This document shows positions 61,889-64,000 of a stretch of DNA of 64,000 nt, piece by piece. This DNA comes from Planctomycetota bacterium (GTDB taxonomy: Bacteria > Planctomycetota > J058 > J103). The number at the start of each line of letters is the position of its first letter. Within the stretch, counting starts at the first letter, position 1. The notes under the pieces were generated by a model, which did not search any database, had not been told where the DNA came from, and worked only from the letters and a program-made list of their open reading frames with translations. The DNA lies in contig BPJM01000005.1 of assembly GCA_026004615.1 (NCBI GenBank), forward strand, positions 477 to 64,476, given 5' to 3'. Position numbers and translations under genes: made by a program.

Positions 61889-63769
61889 ATGTCGGGGATC
61901 GCGGGTGTCAGCGGGATGCGGCCGCCGGTCGGCGGCGGAACGGCCGGGGAACTGCGCAGCGCCGGGCTGGCGAGCGATCCGGCGATCGCCGGCATCGCCG
62001 CGGGAGAAGGAGTGCCTCTGGGGCGGGGGGCCCGCGGGGAGTCGGTGCGCACGCTGCAGCGCGCGCTCTTGGAGCTCGGATACGAGCTGCCCCGCTACGG
62101 TGCGGACGGCGGTTTCGGCGCGGAGACCGAGGCGGCGCTGCGGGCCTTTCAGCGCGACGCCGGGCTGCAGCCGACCGGCCGGCTGGACCAGGCCACGGTG
62201 CGGGCGCTGGATGCGAGACTGGCGGGTGGGGGCGGCGCGGAGGGGGCGCCCGGTGCGGCGGGTCCGGCGCTCCACGGGCCCTTGGCGGGCGAGCCCACGC
62301 TGGCGCGCGTCGCCGCGGGCGAGTTGACGCTGGCCAGCGGCTCGCGCGGGCCGGCGGTCCGCATCCTGCAGGAGCAGCTGAATGCGCTCGGCATGGACGC
62401 GGGTCGGGCCGACGGCTGGTACGGCAACCGCACGGCGGGGGCGGTCCGGCGGCTGCAGGCCGCCGCGGGTCTGCCGCAGACCGGTGTGCTCGATGCGGCG
62501 ACGGTGCGCGCCCTCGATGCGCGCCTGGCGGCTACCGGCAGCGACTCTCCGGCCGCGGTCGAGGACGGCACGAGCTACCCCGGGGCCGGTGCCCCCGGGA
62601 TCCAGAACCCGCGCTTTGCCGGCGCCGATCTGGCGGCGGTGGCCGCCGGCCGGACCACGCTGGGCCCGGGCGCGCGCGGCGAGGGTGTGCGCCAGCTGCA
62701 GCAGGCGCTGCTCGACCTGGGCTTCCGCCTGCCGCGCTACGGGGCCGACGGCGGCTACGGCGCCGAGACCGTACATGCCGTCCGGCAGTTCCAGCTCGAG
62801 ATGGGACTGCCGCGAACCGGTCGCGTCGATCGCGCCACGCTCGAGGCTCTGGACCGGGTGGCGCCGCCGCCGGGCAAGATGCTCGAGCGGCGGCCGGATT
62901 ACGAGGCGCTGTTCGAGGACGGCCGGCTCGACATGACGATCGCCTTCGGCTACGACGAGCATGGCACCACCCCGGGCACGGTGCGCAGCACGCTGCGGGG
63001 GCTGACCGAGCAGGGATTCCGCCGCATCGATCCGCAGGCACTCGCTGCGGAGGAGCGCGAGCGGCTGGGCCTGAGCGGTGAGCGGTATCTGCCGGGGGCC
63101 AGCTACTATCACCGGCGGTTCACCGATCCGGAGACCGGCCGCCCCATCGATGCGGTGGTGCGGGTGATCACCCCGGACTCCGATCCCGATCCGGCCAACG
63201 TGGCCGCCATGTTCCGGCGGGCGCTCGAGCAGGACGAGGTCGTGATCTACGACGGACACGCCCGCTATGGCACCGGGCCGGACTTCGACGATATCCATTC
63301 GGGGCGTGGCAACTTCGTGATCGACGAGCGGGGCAACCCCCCCGACAGCCATGCCAGCCGGCCGCCGGACTATTTGCGGAACGCCATCCGCGGGCGGGAC
63401 ACCGACCTGGCGGGCACCGGCGGTCCCGGGCGTTACCAGCTGCTCTACTTCAATGCCTGCTCGACGGAGAACTATCTGCCGAATCTGCGCGAGCGCTTCC
63501 CGGGGCGCAACACCGCCAATACCGACATCGTGACGACGACCCTGCCCACCTATATCGCCAGCGGGCCCGAGCACGTGCTCAACTTCGTGTCGGGGTTGAC
63601 GGGCCGGGCCTCGATGAACGCGATCGAGGAGCGTGCGGCGCGGGTGGAGGTGGGCTGGATGGACTACTTCGACGAGCGGGACGCGGTCCGCCGCGCATAT
63701 GGGGAGAACACCCTGGTCGGCTCCGGCTTCATCGGCAATCGGGGCAATCGCGTGGTCGATCGCCCGTAG
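61889..63769 (+). CDS. Protein with three peptidoglycan-binding (PG_binding_1) domains and a C-terminal clan-CD (caspase/legumain-like) cysteine-peptidase-like domain.
   Basis: Three copies of GxxVxxLQxxLxxLGxxLPRYGADGGxGAETxxAxRxFQxxxGLxxTGxxDxATxxALD. At the C-terminus, VVIYDGHARYGTG is the His-Gly motif and YQLLYFNACSTENY is the Ala-Cys motif. A GGGGG ribosome-binding site precedes the ATG. Confidence 0.7.
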   Translation: MSGIAGVSGMRPPVGGGTAGELRSAGLASDPAIAGIAAGEGVPLGRGARGESVRTLQRALLELGYELPRYGADGGFGAETEAALRAFQRDAGLQPTGRLDQATVRALDARLAGGGGAEGAPGAAGPALHGPLAGEPTLARVAAGELTLASGSRGPAVRILQEQLNALGMDAGRADGWYGNRTAGAVRRLQAAAGLPQTGVLDAATVRALDARLAATGSDSPAAVEDGTSYPGAGAPGIQNPRFAGADLAAVAAGRTTLGPGARGEGVRQLQQALLDLGFRLPRYGADGGYGAETVHAVRQFQLEMGLPRTGRVDRATLEALDRVAPPPGKMLERRPDYEALFEDGRLDMTIAFGYDEHGTTPGTVRSTLRGLTEQGFRRIDPQALAAEERERLGLSGERYLPGASYYHRRFTDPETGRPIDAVVRVITPDSDPDPANVAAMFRRALEQDEVVIYDGHARYGTGPDFDDIHSGRGNFVIDERGNPPDSHASRPPDYLRNAIRGRDTDLAGTGGPGRYQLLYFNACSTENYLPNLRERFPGRNTANTDIVTTTLPTYIASGPEHVLNFVSGLTGRASMNAIEERAARVEVGWMDYFDERDAVRRAYGENTLVGSGFIGNRGNRVVDRP

Positions 63770-63842
63770 CCAGCCGAGGGCATGTGCCGGCGGGTGCGCG
63801 GCGCCGCACAGAGGCCAGCACGAGCAGCGGGAGGCCAGGAGC

Positions 63843-64000
63843 ATGGACGTGGACGAGGCGCTGGCGGTACTCGCCGACGACACCCGGGATGAACCGGCGC
63901 GTCTCGGGGCCGTCGCCGTTCTCAGGACCGGCGCCCGCATCGAGCACCTCGACCGCATGTTCGCGGTGCTGGAACGCGCCGAGACCGAGCTCGCCCTCGC
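63843..64000 (+). CDS. Hypothetical protein, the 5' part only; it runs off the window.
   Basis: An ATG at 63843 with a GGAG ribosome-binding site upstream. It reads MDVDEALAVLADDTRDEPARLGAVAVLRTGARIEHLDRMFAVLERAETELAL, which looks like a HEAT-like helical repeat. Confidence 0.3.
   Translation, partial: MDVDEALAVLADDTRDEPARLGAVAVLRTGARIEHLDRMFAVLERAETELAL

Overview
This is a very GC-rich (about 72-73% GC) bacterial chromosomal segment from a diderm organism. It encodes Lnt, many lipobox lipoproteins, an AsmA-like protein and MreBCD/PBP2. The signalling content looks Myxococcota-like: three Hanks-type Ser/Thr kinases, an FHA protein, a PilZ protein, FGE-sulfatase fusions, and several histidine kinases and response regulators. 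GC is so high that stop codons are rare, so many long ORFs in the six-frame track are spurious alternate-frame read-throughs. I called genes on protein-likeness and conserved motifs, not ORF length.

Minus strand, low to high coordinates:
- mrdA (PBP2, partial), then mreD-mreC-mreB
- small membrane protein and a frameshifted coiled-coil protein
- lnt, an SDR epimerase/dehydratase, a lipoprotein, carB
- RNA polymerase sigma factor, CBS-domain protein, monothiol glutaredoxin
- NadK fused to an alpha/beta-hydrolase
- two tandem ArsA/Get3-like ATPases and a tiny bL34-like basic protein
- FGE-sulfatase protein, REC, and REC-pseudo-histidine-kinase (one operon)
- large secreted protein, FHA/HEAT protein, isochorismatase
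- CorC/TlyC (CNNM family)
- two tandem WYL regulators
- a Ser/Thr kinase and an LplA-like lipoate ligase
- a YVTN-like lipoprotein preceded by a cobalamin riboswitch
- btuD/btuC/btuF-like ABC importer genes
- VOC protein, proC

Plus strand:
- PilZ protein and a histidine kinase
- HAMP protein
- Ser/Thr kinase fused to an FGE-sulfatase domain
- TPR/repeat lipoprotein
- double-zinc-ribbon lipoprotein with a caspase-like domain
- Ser/Thr kinase with an MshEN-like N-terminus
- proS
- hybrid histidine kinase
- AsmA-like protein
- protein with three peptidoglycan-binding domains and a clan-CD peptidase-like domain

The most notable element is a well-conserved AdoCbl (cobalamin) riboswitch on the minus strand. 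It lies immediately 3' of the btuFCD-like genes and 5' of a beta-propeller-like lipoprotein gene. The same 5 kb region carries a dense cluster of frameshifts.

Other themes:
- recurrent GTGA/ATGA start-stop overlaps (translational coupling)
- two paralogous Ser/Thr kinases carrying an MshEN-like, putatively c-di-GMP-binding, N-terminal motif
- two caspase/legumain-like (clan CD) domains, one with its catalytic His replaced by Tyr
- a REC-histidine-kinase-like protein lacking the phospho-accepting His

I found no tRNA or rRNA genes, CRISPR arrays or obvious mobile elements.
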